Assembly (NCBI GenBank): GCA_913042895.1
Contig: CAJWMQ010000001.1
Span: 1-54,045 of the forward strand
Length of the DNA stretch: 54,045 bases
Source of the DNA: an uncultured Verrucomicrobiales bacterium
GTDB taxonomy: Bacteria; Verrucomicrobiota; Verrucomicrobiia; Limisphaerales; UBA1100
Direction: 5' to 3'
Shown: piece by piece, positions 36,023-46,212 of the stretch
How the letters are laid out: every line of letters begins with the position of its first letter
Position numbering within the stretch: position 1 is the first letter of the stretch
Program-made: the position numbers and the translations under genes
Notes under the pieces: model-generated
The model's input: the letters and a program-made list of their open reading frames with translations, nothing else
Told to the model about the DNA's origin: nothing
Databases searched by the model: none

Positions 36023-39000
36023 ATGGTGCAGCCTTACTCCATCGAGCCTCTTATGGAGGAGGAGACAAGCTCCAAACGCCGGTGGAAACGCTGGTTGATT
36101 GGGGGCTTGGCGGCCTTGGTAATTCTGCCGCTGCTCGCTTGGCAGGTTGTTGAGAGTGAATGGTTCTTGCGCCGTGTGATTCTACCGAGAGTGAACGAGT
36201 CGATTCACGGCGTCATCCACTTTAAATCTGCCGATTGGTCACTGGGAAGTTCGCTGGAATTGCAGGGAGTGACCCTGCAAGCCGAAGGTCAGGCGACGTG
36301 TCTTAAAGTGAAGCATGTGCGGGTGCGGTATGACTTGGGCGAATTGCTCGATGGTCGCTTGTGTTTCCACGAAATTTTTCTAGATGAACCGACTTTAACC
36401 GTTACGCAGGATCTGGAGGGGCGAACCAATTTGGATCCGTTTTTCCAGAAATCCTCTGAGAGCGGCGAGACGAGCACCGTGAAGTTGGATTTGGTGATGC
36501 TTGCCGACGGCGGTATTCATTTTTCTAAGGAACTACCCGATGATGGGAAGCAGATTGTCCGGGCAAACAATCTGAAAATAAATCTCGAACACCTTAGCAA
36601 TGGCCGTGATCAAGGTGGTGTTCGTGTAGGATTCGGATGGGCCACTGAATGGATGAATGGCAGCGAAATGACCGATCATCTCAAGGGTACGCTTGAAGTG
36701 GATACCAAGTTGAATTTTAACGAACACTGGCAGCTCAGTCGGTTGGATCCGAAAGGGAAACTTCGTGTTCTGGATACCAGTGAACGGTTGGAGGAATCCA
36801 AAGGGCTGGTGGCTGATTTCGCCGCCGCTTTTACTGGGAATCAATTGGAGCGGTTAGGGCTGAGCTTCAGTCGAAAGCCAGATGAAATTACGGGCTCAGT
36901 TGAGCTGGGTAAATTGAATGTATCGGGCCCTCTGAACCTCGCGGTTGGCGAGGCAGAGTTGGCGATTGCTGTTCAGGATGTGGACCAAAGCGTTTTGAAT
37001 TTGCTTGGGCAATCGCAGAAGCTGACCTTTCATCAAACGCGGTTGAGCGCGACCAATCATCTGACGGTGAAGGATTTCGGCCGTACGTTGCAGCTGCAGG
37101 GCAAGATGATTTCCGCGCCGCTGCAACTGACCCATCGGTTGGCGAAGCTGCCGCAATTGGATTCGTTGGAGGCGCACTATGATTTGACCTATCAGCCTGA
37201 AGCCCGAACCGTGTATGTTCATGCCTTTGGCCTTGAATCCAGTCACCAGAAAAAGACCTTCCTGAAAGGTGCACTGAAACAGCCGCTGGCCGTCAGTTGG
37301 CAGCAAGGCAATGAATTGAATGCGCCGGATTCGGAGTTCGAGTTGACCATTCATCCGACTCAACTTGCCGATTGGCAACCGTGGCTGGGGCGTTATGTAA
37401 GCGAAGGTGAATTAAGCGGGGCGTTCACCATGGCCGTGCAACAGGCCGGGCGGCACATTGAGTTTAGTGGCTCCACCAAGGTGGAGGGCATGGCTGTGCC
37501 ACACGCGCAAACCACACGGCCATTGGGTAATGGCCAATTCGACTGGGCCGGCACATTGAACGACTTGAAGGATCTGCAGTTTACCCAATGCAAACTGGAG
37601 ATTGGCACGCCGTTGCAATCCTACTTTACCTTTGATGGCAAGCCGCGGCTGGATCTGCACTCGCAACAGTTCAGCGAATCCAGCGGGAAATTGACGGCAC
37701 ATCTTCCCACATTGCTGGAGTGGTTTCCTCAGGCTGGGCTGTGCAGTGATGCCGGTGAGCTGACGTATAACGGAACTTTTTCCGGCGGTTTGACCCAAGG
37801 CGCGCTCTTCTCCTGGGTGGGGACGCTTGATTGGGCCAATATTGATGGACAGTTTCAGGAGCAATCTGTGAAAAGCCTGAATGGTTCGCTTCAGTTGGAT
37901 TGCGTGTTGGATAAAGAGCAACGGCTCAAGATTCAACGTCTCGAGGGGGATGCGCAGATTGCGGAAAAACCCTTGATGGCCAAGCTGGATTTGAAGGGGG
38001 ATTGGAACCTGCGCACCGGTCAGTTTGCCTTTGAAAAAGCTGAACTGGTTCAGGCGGACTTGGCGTTGGCGCGGATGCTTTATCCGTTTCCCGAAGTAAT
38101 CTCGGGCGTGCTGAATGCCAACCTTACCGTGAACCATAAACCGGGCGATAGCACACTGTTGCGGGGCGGCTTGGCTATTGCCAAGGGGCACATTGCCCAA
38201 TGGCCTCAATGGATTTACGGACGTCTCGGTGAACTGGATGCGACCTTGCATTGGGAGGAGGCTGGGCACTTTCACGGTGAAGTGCGCCATGTGCAACTGC
38301 AGGCCTTTGATCCGGCCCGCCCAGAGCAAGGCATCGGCCAAGTGAGCGGCGCCGGGAAGTTTGATCCGTTCAAGGGTGAATGGGAATGTACCCTTAAACC
38401 TTCCAGACTTGAACACGCAATTCTGGCTCCCTTGGTGAATCGCACAAATTGGCCGGGATCCGCGGTACTCCAGTCTGGCACAATATCCAACCCCAAGCCG
38501 CTGCAACTGCATTGGAACGCTAATGGCGACATTGCGGTGATCGGCCCGATGCATATTGCTAATGCTCGCGTTGAAGATCCGAAGGGCCAATTGCCAAAGG
38601 ATATTTTGGGCGCACAGTTGGAGTTGGATCTCGCATCCACCCAGCATCCCGTCGGCCGATCGTGGAAGGCTCGCTCGCAAGCCAACAAGGCCGTCTTCAC
38701 ATTGGAAAATCAACCCGCTGGTACAGTGGAATGGAGTGGCGAATACACGGCCACCAATGGGGTCGGGCAACTGGCGTTTGATGTGGTCGGTGTGGATCAT
38801 CGTGTGTTTCAACTCGTGCCTGAGTCTTGGCGCGGTGGGGTGGATCTCAAGAGCGGGCAAATCAATAAATTGAGAGGCCAATGCCGGATCCGCGATGGAG
38901 TGGTGCAGTTTGAAAGCAGTGCGGACCTGAAACGGGTTTGGTTGACGGAACCATTCAGGCTTTGGCCGGAAGGCCCTTTGGATTTGGTGCAGTCTCTGCA

Positions 39001-40528
39001 GGGCAGCTGGAAGCCTGGACCCAAGCTCAATCTGACGGTCGAGCGCAATCAGGGTACGGTGAAGCAGGGCGATACTGTTTTGGGCGTGTACGATTTGAAC
39101 GGCCGGATGGTGGATGCGGGTTTGGAGTTGGATGTGAAATCACTGGATTTGGGGCCGGCTTTCACGCGGCGCGCTCTGGATCGATGGTTGCCCGGTCAGC
39201 CGGTTGCTGCCGGGCGATTGCAAATGAATGAATTGAAGGTCAGCCTGCCTCAGCAGGGAGTCGGCGCGGTGAATGGGCAGTTGTCCATCAAAGGATTCTC
39301 CGTGCCTGCGCGTGTGCCGGGAGATCCCGCTCAGTCGTTGGATACCACATTGAACATTCAAGCGGCCGGCACCAATCGTGTGCTGCAACTCAAACAATGT
39401 GCCGTGGCATTGCCCCCGACGAAGAAGGCGGCTAATCAGGTCAGCTTGGCCGGCGCGTTAGATTTGCGGCGCTGGAATGCCCCGGGCGCGCAGTTGAAAA
39501 TTGCCAGTGAAGCGGCGGATATTACGCCGTTGATGGCGTTTCTGAATAATCCCGAACCCTCAGCGACGCCCGATGAGACTTCCGGCACCGCTCCGGCTGG
39601 ATCGGAATTTGGTTTTCAGAATTTCAACCTAAACCTGAATCTTAAGCGCTTGGTGTGGCATGATTTATGGGCAACCAATCTCACCGGCAATGTGCGGATT
39701 GACGGGCGGAAGTTTACTTTTGACCCAATTCAAATGCATCTGCTCGGGGCGCCGGGAATGATTGAAGGCCAGGTGCAAACCGTGGATAGGCAAACCCAAA
39801 TGGCGGTAAACATAAATGTGCAAGCTGTGCCGTTGGATCCGGTGATTCGGCACTTCGCTCCCGATCATAAAATCCAATGGGGCAAGTTGACGGCCAATGG
39901 ATTTCTGAAGGCGCTCGGATGGTCGGGAGAATCCTTTCGCAACAGCTTTACGGTGCGCGGGATCGATCCCGCAGCCCCTGCGCAACTCGTCATTGAAGAT
40001 TCCCATTGGGGGTTCAAGGAGGATGATATTTTAGTTGGAATCATCGCTAGGAGCTTGAATTTACCGCAACTTTTGGATTCTCATTTCAACTCAGCGGAGC
40101 TCGCCTTGATCGCGCAGGATGGTAAAGCACATTTCGAGCTGGCTGCGGGTGGTCCGCTCTTGCGTGTGGGAACCGGGGGGGAAGGCCAGTTGGGAAGCCG
40201 TTTTCTCGATACCACCATCAAGCAGGATATCTCCATCGAGCTGCCGCCTAAGTTGGCGGAAGAATTTCGGGCACTGGGGATTTTGTTTCCCCAGGACGGC
40301 TTCATGGAGATGCCGGCCTTTCTTTCCATGGAAGGTGCTATTCGGAGGCCGCAAGTGAAGGTCGATAATCTGGCGTTGGGGCAAATTCTGGTGTTGGGTA
40401 TTACTGGCCGCCCCGGAAGCTTGTTGCGGCGTTTGAGTCCCATCAAGGACAATCCCGATGGAGAAGGGAAAGAGCTAGATTTGAATCCATTGAACTTATT
40501 GCGATTAATCGTTCCCGGCGGCGATTAA
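36023..40528 (+). CDS. AsmA/TamB-like giant membrane-anchored protein
   Basis: 1501 aa. N-terminal anchor WKRWLIGGLAALVILPLLAW followed by a long beta-rich sequence, the usual architecture of the AsmA-like family. Called from architecture only. Confidence 0.6.
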   Translation: MVQPYSIEPLMEEETSSKRRWKRWLIGGLAALVILPLLAWQVVESEWFLRRVILPRVNESIHGVIHFKSADWSLGSSLELQGVTLQAEGQATCLKVKHVRVRYDLGELLDGRLCFHEIFLDEPTLTVTQDLEGRTNLDPFFQKSSESGETSTVKLDLVMLADGGIHFSKELPDDGKQIVRANNLKINLEHLSNGRDQGGVRVGFGWATEWMNGSEMTDHLKGTLEVDTKLNFNEHWQLSRLDPKGKLRVLDTSERLEESKGLVADFAAAFTGNQLERLGLSFSRKPDEITGSVELGKLNVSGPLNLAVGEAELAIAVQDVDQSVLNLLGQSQKLTFHQTRLSATNHLTVKDFGRTLQLQGKMISAPLQLTHRLAKLPQLDSLEAHYDLTYQPEARTVYVHAFGLESSHQKKTFLKGALKQPLAVSWQQGNELNAPDSEFELTIHPTQLADWQPWLGRYVSEGELSGAFTMAVQQAGRHIEFSGSTKVEGMAVPHAQTTRPLGNGQFDWAGTLNDLKDLQFTQCKLEIGTPLQSYFTFDGKPRLDLHSQQFSESSGKLTAHLPTLLEWFPQAGLCSDAGELTYNGTFSGGLTQGALFSWVGTLDWANIDGQFQEQSVKSLNGSLQLDCVLDKEQRLKIQRLEGDAQIAEKPLMAKLDLKGDWNLRTGQFAFEKAELVQADLALARMLYPFPEVISGVLNANLTVNHKPGDSTLLRGGLAIAKGHIAQWPQWIYGRLGELDATLHWEEAGHFHGEVRHVQLQAFDPARPEQGIGQVSGAGKFDPFKGEWECTLKPSRLEHAILAPLVNRTNWPGSAVLQSGTISNPKPLQLHWNANGDIAVIGPMHIANARVEDPKGQLPKDILGAQLELDLASTQHPVGRSWKARSQANKAVFTLENQPAGTVEWSGEYTATNGVGQLAFDVVGVDHRVFQLVPESWRGGVDLKSGQINKLRGQCRIRDGVVQFESSADLKRVWLTEPFRLWPEGPLDLVQSLQGSWKPGPKLNLTVERNQGTVKQGDTVLGVYDLNGRMVDAGLELDVKSLDLGPAFTRRALDRWLPGQPVAAGRLQMNELKVSLPQQGVGAVNGQLSIKGFSVPARVPGDPAQSLDTTLNIQAAGTNRVLQLKQCAVALPPTKKAANQVSLAGALDLRRWNAPGAQLKIASEAADITPLMAFLNNPEPSATPDETSGTAPAGSEFGFQNFNLNLNLKRLVWHDLWATNLTGNVRIDGRKFTFDPIQMHLLGAPGMIEGQVQTVDRQTQMAVNINVQAVPLDPVIRHFAPDHKIQWGKLTANGFLKALGWSGESFRNSFTVRGIDPAAPAQLVIEDSHWGFKEDDILVGIIARSLNLPQLLDSHFNSAELALIAQDGKAHFELAAGGPLLRVGTGGEGQLGSRFLDTTIKQDISIELPPKLAEEFRALGILFPQDGFMEMPAFLSMEGAIRRPQVKVDNLALGQILVLGITGRPGSLLRRLSPIKDNPDGEGKELDLNPLNLLRLIVPGGD

Positions 40529-40593
40529 GGGTGGGTGTCATCAAAGGCATTCGCCGTTTGCATTCGCTCTCTGCTTTCGTACACTGCGCCCGC

Positions 40594-41961
40594 ATGCAAT
40601 CCGTGCTGGATTATTTAACCGCCCATCGGGCTCGTTTTGAAGAGGAGCTATGCGAATACCTGCGGCTGCCAAGTGTGTCGGCCCAGACCGATCATGATTG
40701 CGATACCCGTGCCACGGCCGATTGGCTGATGAAACACTGCCGGGCGATTGGCCTCAAGGCCCGCAAGCATACCACGGATTTTCATCCCATCGTTACCGCC
40801 AGCACGCCAAAGCGCGCTGGGCGGCGTCCACATTTTCTGGTGTATGGCCATTACGATGTACAACCGCCGGATCCGTTGGAGGAATGGGATACACCGCCGT
40901 TTGAGCCCACTATTCGCAAGGGAGCGGTGTATGCGCGGGGTGCAACTGATAACAAGGGACAACATTTTGCGCACCTCAAGGCCGTGGAAGCGTTTCTGCA
41001 AACGGGCTCGGAATTACCTTGTGATCTCACGTTTGTGATCGAGGGCGAAGAGGAGGTGGGTAGCGAAAGTCTCGTTAAGTTTTTGCGTCAGAAGAAAAAA
41101 GACCTGCAGTGCGATGCGGTGGTGGTGTCGGATACCGGCATGCCTTCAAAGAAACACCCCGCACTCACCTATTCCCTGCGTGGCGTGACGGCGCTAGAGG
41201 TGACAGTACGCGGTCCGAAGGCTGATCTGCATTCCGGCATTTATGGCGGCTCGGTGGATAACCCCGCGTTGGTGCTGTGCCAGATGCTGGCGGCATTGCG
41301 CGACAAGCGCGGCCGCATCGCGGTGCCCGGTTTTTATGATCGAGCACAAAAGCTCACGCGGTATGAGCGCGAGCAAATGAAACGCCTGCCGATTTCCGCC
41401 GCGCAATATCGCCGTCTTTTGGGGGTGAAGGCATTATTCGGGGAAATGGGATACACGCATCATGAACAACGCAGTGCCCGGCCGACATTGGAGATCAACG
41501 GCCTTACCAGTGGTTATCAGGGCGAAGGCAGTAAGACGATCGTGCCTGCCTGGGCGAGTGCCAAGATCACCTGCAGGTTAGTGCCGAATCAGGATCCGTG
41601 CGAGATCAACCGGTTGCTCAAGCGGCAGCTCAAGAAGTTGTGCCCGCCTTCGGTGAAACTGGAAATTGAGGATGGGCATGGCGCCGAGGCGTATCATGTG
41701 CCGCCCACGGGGCCGCAGGCGCAGGTGGCGTTGGAGGCCTTGCGCGAGGCGTTTGGCCATGAACCGGTGATTCTGCGGGAAGGCGGTTCGATTCCAATTA
41801 TCAATGAATTCAAAAAAGTGCTCGGGGCGGACTCACTGCTCCTAGGCTTGGCGTTGCCAGATGACAATTTGCATTCGCCGAATGAGAAGTTCGACCTCGA
41901 TTGCTTCCATAACGGTGCTGAAATGAGCGCCCGTCTCTGGCCGAAACTGGCTGCGATTTAG
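40594..41961 (+). CDS. M20-family dipeptidase
   Basis: LPSVSAQ, GHYDVQPPDPLEEWDTPPF, ARGATDNKGQ and EGEEEVGS blocks. Start set at ATG 40594 (MQSVLDY). Confidence 0.9.
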   Translation: MQSVLDYLTAHRARFEEELCEYLRLPSVSAQTDHDCDTRATADWLMKHCRAIGLKARKHTTDFHPIVTASTPKRAGRRPHFLVYGHYDVQPPDPLEEWDTPPFEPTIRKGAVYARGATDNKGQHFAHLKAVEAFLQTGSELPCDLTFVIEGEEEVGSESLVKFLRQKKKDLQCDAVVVSDTGMPSKKHPALTYSLRGVTALEVTVRGPKADLHSGIYGGSVDNPALVLCQMLAALRDKRGRIAVPGFYDRAQKLTRYEREQMKRLPISAAQYRRLLGVKALFGEMGYTHHEQRSARPTLEINGLTSGYQGEGSKTIVPAWASAKITCRLVPNQDPCEINRLLKRQLKKLCPPSVKLEIEDGHGAEAYHVPPTGPQAQVALEALREAFGHEPVILREGGSIPIINEFKKVLGADSLLLGLALPDDNLHSPNEKFDLDCFHNGAEMSARLWPKLAAI

Positions 41962-41963
41962 CT

Positions 41964-43670
41964 GTGAAAAAAAATAAATCCAACCGAGAGGAGGAGCCGG
42001 CCGAGGAGATGTCCATTGGGCTACGTAGGTATCTTTATTTTACGGCGGCCTGCACGGGTGCGTGCATTTTGGTGGTCGAGATCTTGGGGGCCAAAATGCT
42101 GTCGCCTTTTCTTGGTACGTCCCATTTTGTTTGGACGGCGCAAATCGCGGTGACGCTCGTGGCGCTATCAGGCGGCTATTATGCCGGCGGGTGGCTGGTG
42201 GATCAGTCGCCGAAATTGAACCGCTTGTATTACGGAATTTTGGCAGCGGCCGTTTATCTCGCCGCCACGGTGCCAATGGTGAAGCCGCTGTGTCTCAAGC
42301 TCATGAGCCTGCCATTGGCTTGGGCCACGCTGTTGGCAGCCATGTTTTTGTTTTTGGTGCCGCTGGCTTTGCTCGCGATGACGGGGCCCTTTCTGGTTCG
42401 ACTTCTCACCCAATCAATCCAGAATGTGGGGCTCAATGTCGGCCGATTGTCGGCAATTAGCACTCTGGGAAGTGTAGCAGGTACGGTGTTGATCGGGTAC
42501 GTGTTGATTCCGCGTTTTCCGAATTCCGTGACTATGCTTATCACGACGGGCATCTTGATTGCCTTGGCGGCGGTTTACCTTATCGTATGGGGGCGCGGGG
42601 CTGGTGGAAATGCCCTTTTGTTGGCACTGGGGCTTTCTCTCGTTTTTGGCTATAGTGGTTTACGCGGGCAGTTTGGAGACACGATGAAGTACGGCGGAGT
42701 GAATTGGGATGTGCTTTACCGCGCGAATTCCAACTATGGTGAGCTGCAGGTGATCGAGTATCGTAGTGGCGCGGTGGTGGAGCGGCGGTACTTGAATGAT
42801 CAACTGGTGCAGAACACTTACGATCCTACGACGCGCCAGAGTCGTTCGCTGTTTACCGGTGCGTTGCGGTGGCTGGCGCACGCTTACACGGCGAAAACCG
42901 AGCGCGTACTTTGCATTGGTATGGGGGCAGGCGTGGTTCCCATGCAGTTTGCTGCGGATGGAATTGAAACGGACGTGGTGGAGATCAACGGTGCCTCGAT
43001 TCCGATGGCGGAGGAGTTCTTTGATTTTGATGCATCAAAGGTCAACCTCACCGTGGGCGATGGCCGACAGTTTCTGAATCAAACGGATCGCACCTACGAT
43101 GCCATTTTGCTCGATGCGTTTTTGGGGGATTCCTCACCGAGCCACCTCATGACTCATGAGGCGTTTGTGGAAATGCGCGCGCATCTCAGCGATCACGGTA
43201 CGTTGGTGATCAACAGCTTTGGGGAATCGAATCCGGAACGGCAGTTTTTTTCTTCGTCACTGGATAAAACACTGCGTTCGGTGTTTGGCCCGGAACGCGT
43301 GATTGTCCATGCGTCGGGTTATGGGAACGTGTTTTTCGTGGCCACCAAAGCGCCGCAACTAAAGGTGCACCGGTCGCCGGAGCCGGACCCCGATGCAGGC
43401 AAGCGCCTGCGGGAGGCAAAATCGGAACGCGATGCCTATGCGGTTTGGAACGAATGGTATGGCGCCGCCAAGGGCGAGGGCCCGTTTTTCTCCGAGCATC
43501 GACAAGTGCAGATGGAGATGGCGTTAATGTGGAAGGGGCGGCGGGAGTTTGACGCAGTGCACGGGCAGTTGTTGCTGGATGACTTTAATCCGGTGGAGTT
43601 TTATGATGCCCGTAATCGCGAAGAGAATCGCCGCGGGTTGATCCATCAAATCAATCCCGGTAATGGCTGA
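41964..43670 (+). CDS. Membrane-fused spermidine-synthase-like protein (fused MFS/spermidine synthase type), paralog 1
   Basis: About 7 N-terminal TM segments, then a PABS/methyltransferase-like domain (VLCIGMGAGV, VVEINGASI, ILLDAFLGDSSPSHL). Starts at GTG 41964 or ATG 42009. Confidence 0.8.
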   Translation: MKKNKSNREEEPAEEMSIGLRRYLYFTAACTGACILVVEILGAKMLSPFLGTSHFVWTAQIAVTLVALSGGYYAGGWLVDQSPKLNRLYYGILAAAVYLAATVPMVKPLCLKLMSLPLAWATLLAAMFLFLVPLALLAMTGPFLVRLLTQSIQNVGLNVGRLSAISTLGSVAGTVLIGYVLIPRFPNSVTMLITTGILIALAAVYLIVWGRGAGGNALLLALGLSLVFGYSGLRGQFGDTMKYGGVNWDVLYRANSNYGELQVIEYRSGAVVERRYLNDQLVQNTYDPTTRQSRSLFTGALRWLAHAYTAKTERVLCIGMGAGVVPMQFAADGIETDVVEINGASIPMAEEFFDFDASKVNLTVGDGRQFLNQTDRTYDAILLDAFLGDSSPSHLMTHEAFVEMRAHLSDHGTLVINSFGESNPERQFFSSSLDKTLRSVFGPERVIVHASGYGNVFFVATKAPQLKVHRSPEPDPDAGKRLREAKSERDAYAVWNEWYGAAKGEGPFFSEHRQVQMEMALMWKGRREFDAVHGQLLLDDFNPVEFYDARNREENRRGLIHQINPGNG

Positions 43671-46212
43671 TTCGGATTCAGCCTTGTCTGCCAAGCCGCC
43701 GATGGCCTTGTATGCTCTGACGGTTTTTTGGGGTGCGTTTCTGTTGTTTCTGGTGCAGCCGTTGATCGGCAAATACATTCTGCCTTGGTTTGGCGGCACG
43801 CCAGGGGTTTGGACCACTTGCCTGTTGTTTTTTCAATGTCTTTTGTTGACGGGGTATGCCTATGCCCATTGCCTGAACCATTTTCTGCCGCCGCGCAAAC
43901 AGGCCTGGGTACATGGCGGCTTGTTGATGATGGCGATCTGTACGCTACCCATTACTCCGAGCGAAGCACTCCAGCCCGATGGCGAGGGCACGCCGGTATG
44001 GGCGATTCTTAAATTGCTTGGGCTCAGCTTGGGCGTTCCGTACATGATCCTCTCCTCCACCGGCCCGCTGGTGCAGGCGTGGTTTGCCCGTGCCTATGCG
44101 GGGGCCTCACCATATAGGCTGTATGCTTTATCCAATGTCGGCTCACTATTGGCGTTGGTGGTGTATCCGTTTGTGGTGGAGCCCAGGAGCACTCGTATCG
44201 AGCAGGTGAACGGCTGGTCTTGGGGGATGGCTTTGTATGCGGTGTTTTGTGGCCTCCTCGTGTGGCGCATGCGGGATGTACCGGTGGTGACCTCCAGTAA
44301 AAGCAAAGTCGAATCCGGAGCAACCGAGACACGTTTGCGTCGGGCAGGGGTGTGGTTGTGTTGGTTGGCATTGCCGGCGTGCGGGACGGCCTTCTTAATG
44401 GCCACGACCAACAAACTTTGTCAGGACGTGGCCGTGGTGCCATTTCTTTGGGTGCTACCACTGGCATTGTATTTGATTTCTTTCATCATCAGTTTCGATA
44501 GCCCACGGTGGTATGTACGTGAGATTTATGTGCCGCTGCTGGTGGTAAGCTGGATCGGCGTGTTGTGGGGGATGGGGGAGGGTGTGGATTTGGAAATCGT
44601 TTTGCAGGTTGGGCTTTACAGTGTGGCATTGTTCATCAGTTGCATGGTGTGTCACGGGGAACTGTATCGGTTGCGGCCAGAGCCGACGCGGTTAACCCAG
44701 TATTTTCTTGGGATCGCCGCCGGCGGCGCCTTGGGAGGTTTGGCTGTGGCCGTGCTGGCGCCGCGTTGGTTTGATGGCTATTGGGAATACCACATTGCAT
44801 TGTGGGGTACGGGGCTACTGTATCTGCTGGTGCAATGTGTGAACCGGGAGCCTTGGGCGCTGGGAAAATGGCACGTGCGTGGCCTGTTGGGGCTTTGCTG
44901 GACGGTGGTCTGCATGGCGTTGTTGCGCGCGGTTGAATTTTCTTTGCCGGCCAAACTCGCGCTCACTTGGCTTCCATTGCTCTTTGGTTGGTACATGGCC
45001 CGGTACATTGCGCGGGAATGGTGGTTTGGCCGGCCGGCATCCGAGGGGCGTGATTTCAAGGCCGGCTTGGCCGGGGTGGTGCTAGCCTGTCTGGGCCTGT
45101 ATTGGGCACTGGAAATGTCGGTAAATTGGAGTGATGCCGGCAGCATCAGTGGTTGGGAGGCTCTGCAACCGGGGGTCTGGGTGGCGGTCGGATTATTGAC
45201 ACTCAATTTGTTCGTTTGGCTCAGCGTGCGCCAATGGAATGGGGTGCAAATCGCTTGGGGCTGGCAATGGTTGGGCTTGGGGCCGGCGTTGGTGGTGGTG
45301 TTCGTGGGGTTGTTGAAAGACATCAAGAAATTGGAAGCGGATGCGTTTTATGTGCAGCGCAATTTTTATGGCACGTTGAAGATATCGCGCTACAGCGACT
45401 CTGGGGGTGAAGTCTATCGCCTGCTCTTGAACGGCCATATCACGCATGGTTTTCAGTACGAAAGCGTGGAATGGTGTAACCGAATTACGACCTACTACAC
45501 CTATGGCAGTGGCGTTGAGTTAGCCATGCGATACACGCGGGAAAACAATAAACGCGTGGGCGTAGTGGGTTTGGGCGTGGGCACGATGGCCGGGTTTGCC
45601 GAGGCGGGTGATCAGTATTGGTTGTATGATATCAACCCGGAGGTGGTGAATTTATCGGCCGATGAGGTGGCTCAGTTTACCTACTGCATCAACGCGCGCG
45701 ATCGCGGAGCGAGTGTGGAGATAGTACCGGGCGATGCGCGCCTGGCGATGGAGCGGGAATTGCGCACAGAGAAAAACCGTCAGCTGGATGTCCTCGTGCT
45801 GGATGCATTCAGCAGCGACTCCATTCCGGTGCACCTGCTCACGCTGGAATCGTTGAAACTCTATGATCAACACCTCAAACCCGACGGTGTTTTGGCTATT
45901 CATATTTCCAATCGCTATCTGAACCTGGAGCCGGTAGTGCGACGGCTGGCGGCGGAATTGGATTTTGGAATGATCGAGGTCGACAGTCTGGGCGGGGAGG
46001 ATTACGGGCAGGATTGGGTTTACGCCGCCACGTGGGTGTTACTCTCGCGCAATCAGGATTTTCTGGATGATGTTGAGGCTAATGCGTGGTTACGTACAGA
46101 CCTATCGGAAGCTCGAGAATTGCCGTTGTGGACCGATGATTATGCTAGTATTTTCCGGATCATGAACAAGCCGCACTGGTGGCCCACGTGGCTTGGAGGA
46201 ACTGATGACTGA
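43663..46212 (+). CDS. Membrane-fused spermidine-synthase-like protein, paralog 2 (larger TM domain)
   Basis: About 500 aa polytopic region, then VGVVGLGVGTMAG, LYDINPEVV and VLVLDAFSSDSIPVHL. 8 nt overlap with paralog 1. Confidence 0.8.
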   Translation: MADSDSALSAKPPMALYALTVFWGAFLLFLVQPLIGKYILPWFGGTPGVWTTCLLFFQCLLLTGYAYAHCLNHFLPPRKQAWVHGGLLMMAICTLPITPSEALQPDGEGTPVWAILKLLGLSLGVPYMILSSTGPLVQAWFARAYAGASPYRLYALSNVGSLLALVVYPFVVEPRSTRIEQVNGWSWGMALYAVFCGLLVWRMRDVPVVTSSKSKVESGATETRLRRAGVWLCWLALPACGTAFLMATTNKLCQDVAVVPFLWVLPLALYLISFIISFDSPRWYVREIYVPLLVVSWIGVLWGMGEGVDLEIVLQVGLYSVALFISCMVCHGELYRLRPEPTRLTQYFLGIAAGGALGGLAVAVLAPRWFDGYWEYHIALWGTGLLYLLVQCVNREPWALGKWHVRGLLGLCWTVVCMALLRAVEFSLPAKLALTWLPLLFGWYMARYIAREWWFGRPASEGRDFKAGLAGVVLACLGLYWALEMSVNWSDAGSISGWEALQPGVWVAVGLLTLNLFVWLSVRQWNGVQIAWGWQWLGLGPALVVVFVGLLKDIKKLEADAFYVQRNFYGTLKISRYSDSGGEVYRLLLNGHITHGFQYESVEWCNRITTYYTYGSGVELAMRYTRENNKRVGVVGLGVGTMAGFAEAGDQYWLYDINPEVVNLSADEVAQFTYCINARDRGASVEIVPGDARLAMERELRTEKNRQLDVLVLDAFSSDSIPVHLLTLESLKLYDQHLKPDGVLAIHISNRYLNLEPVVRRLAAELDFGMIEVDSLGGEDYGQDWVYAATWVLLSRNQDFLDDVEANAWLRTDLSEARELPLWTDDYASIFRIMNKPHWWPTWLGGTDD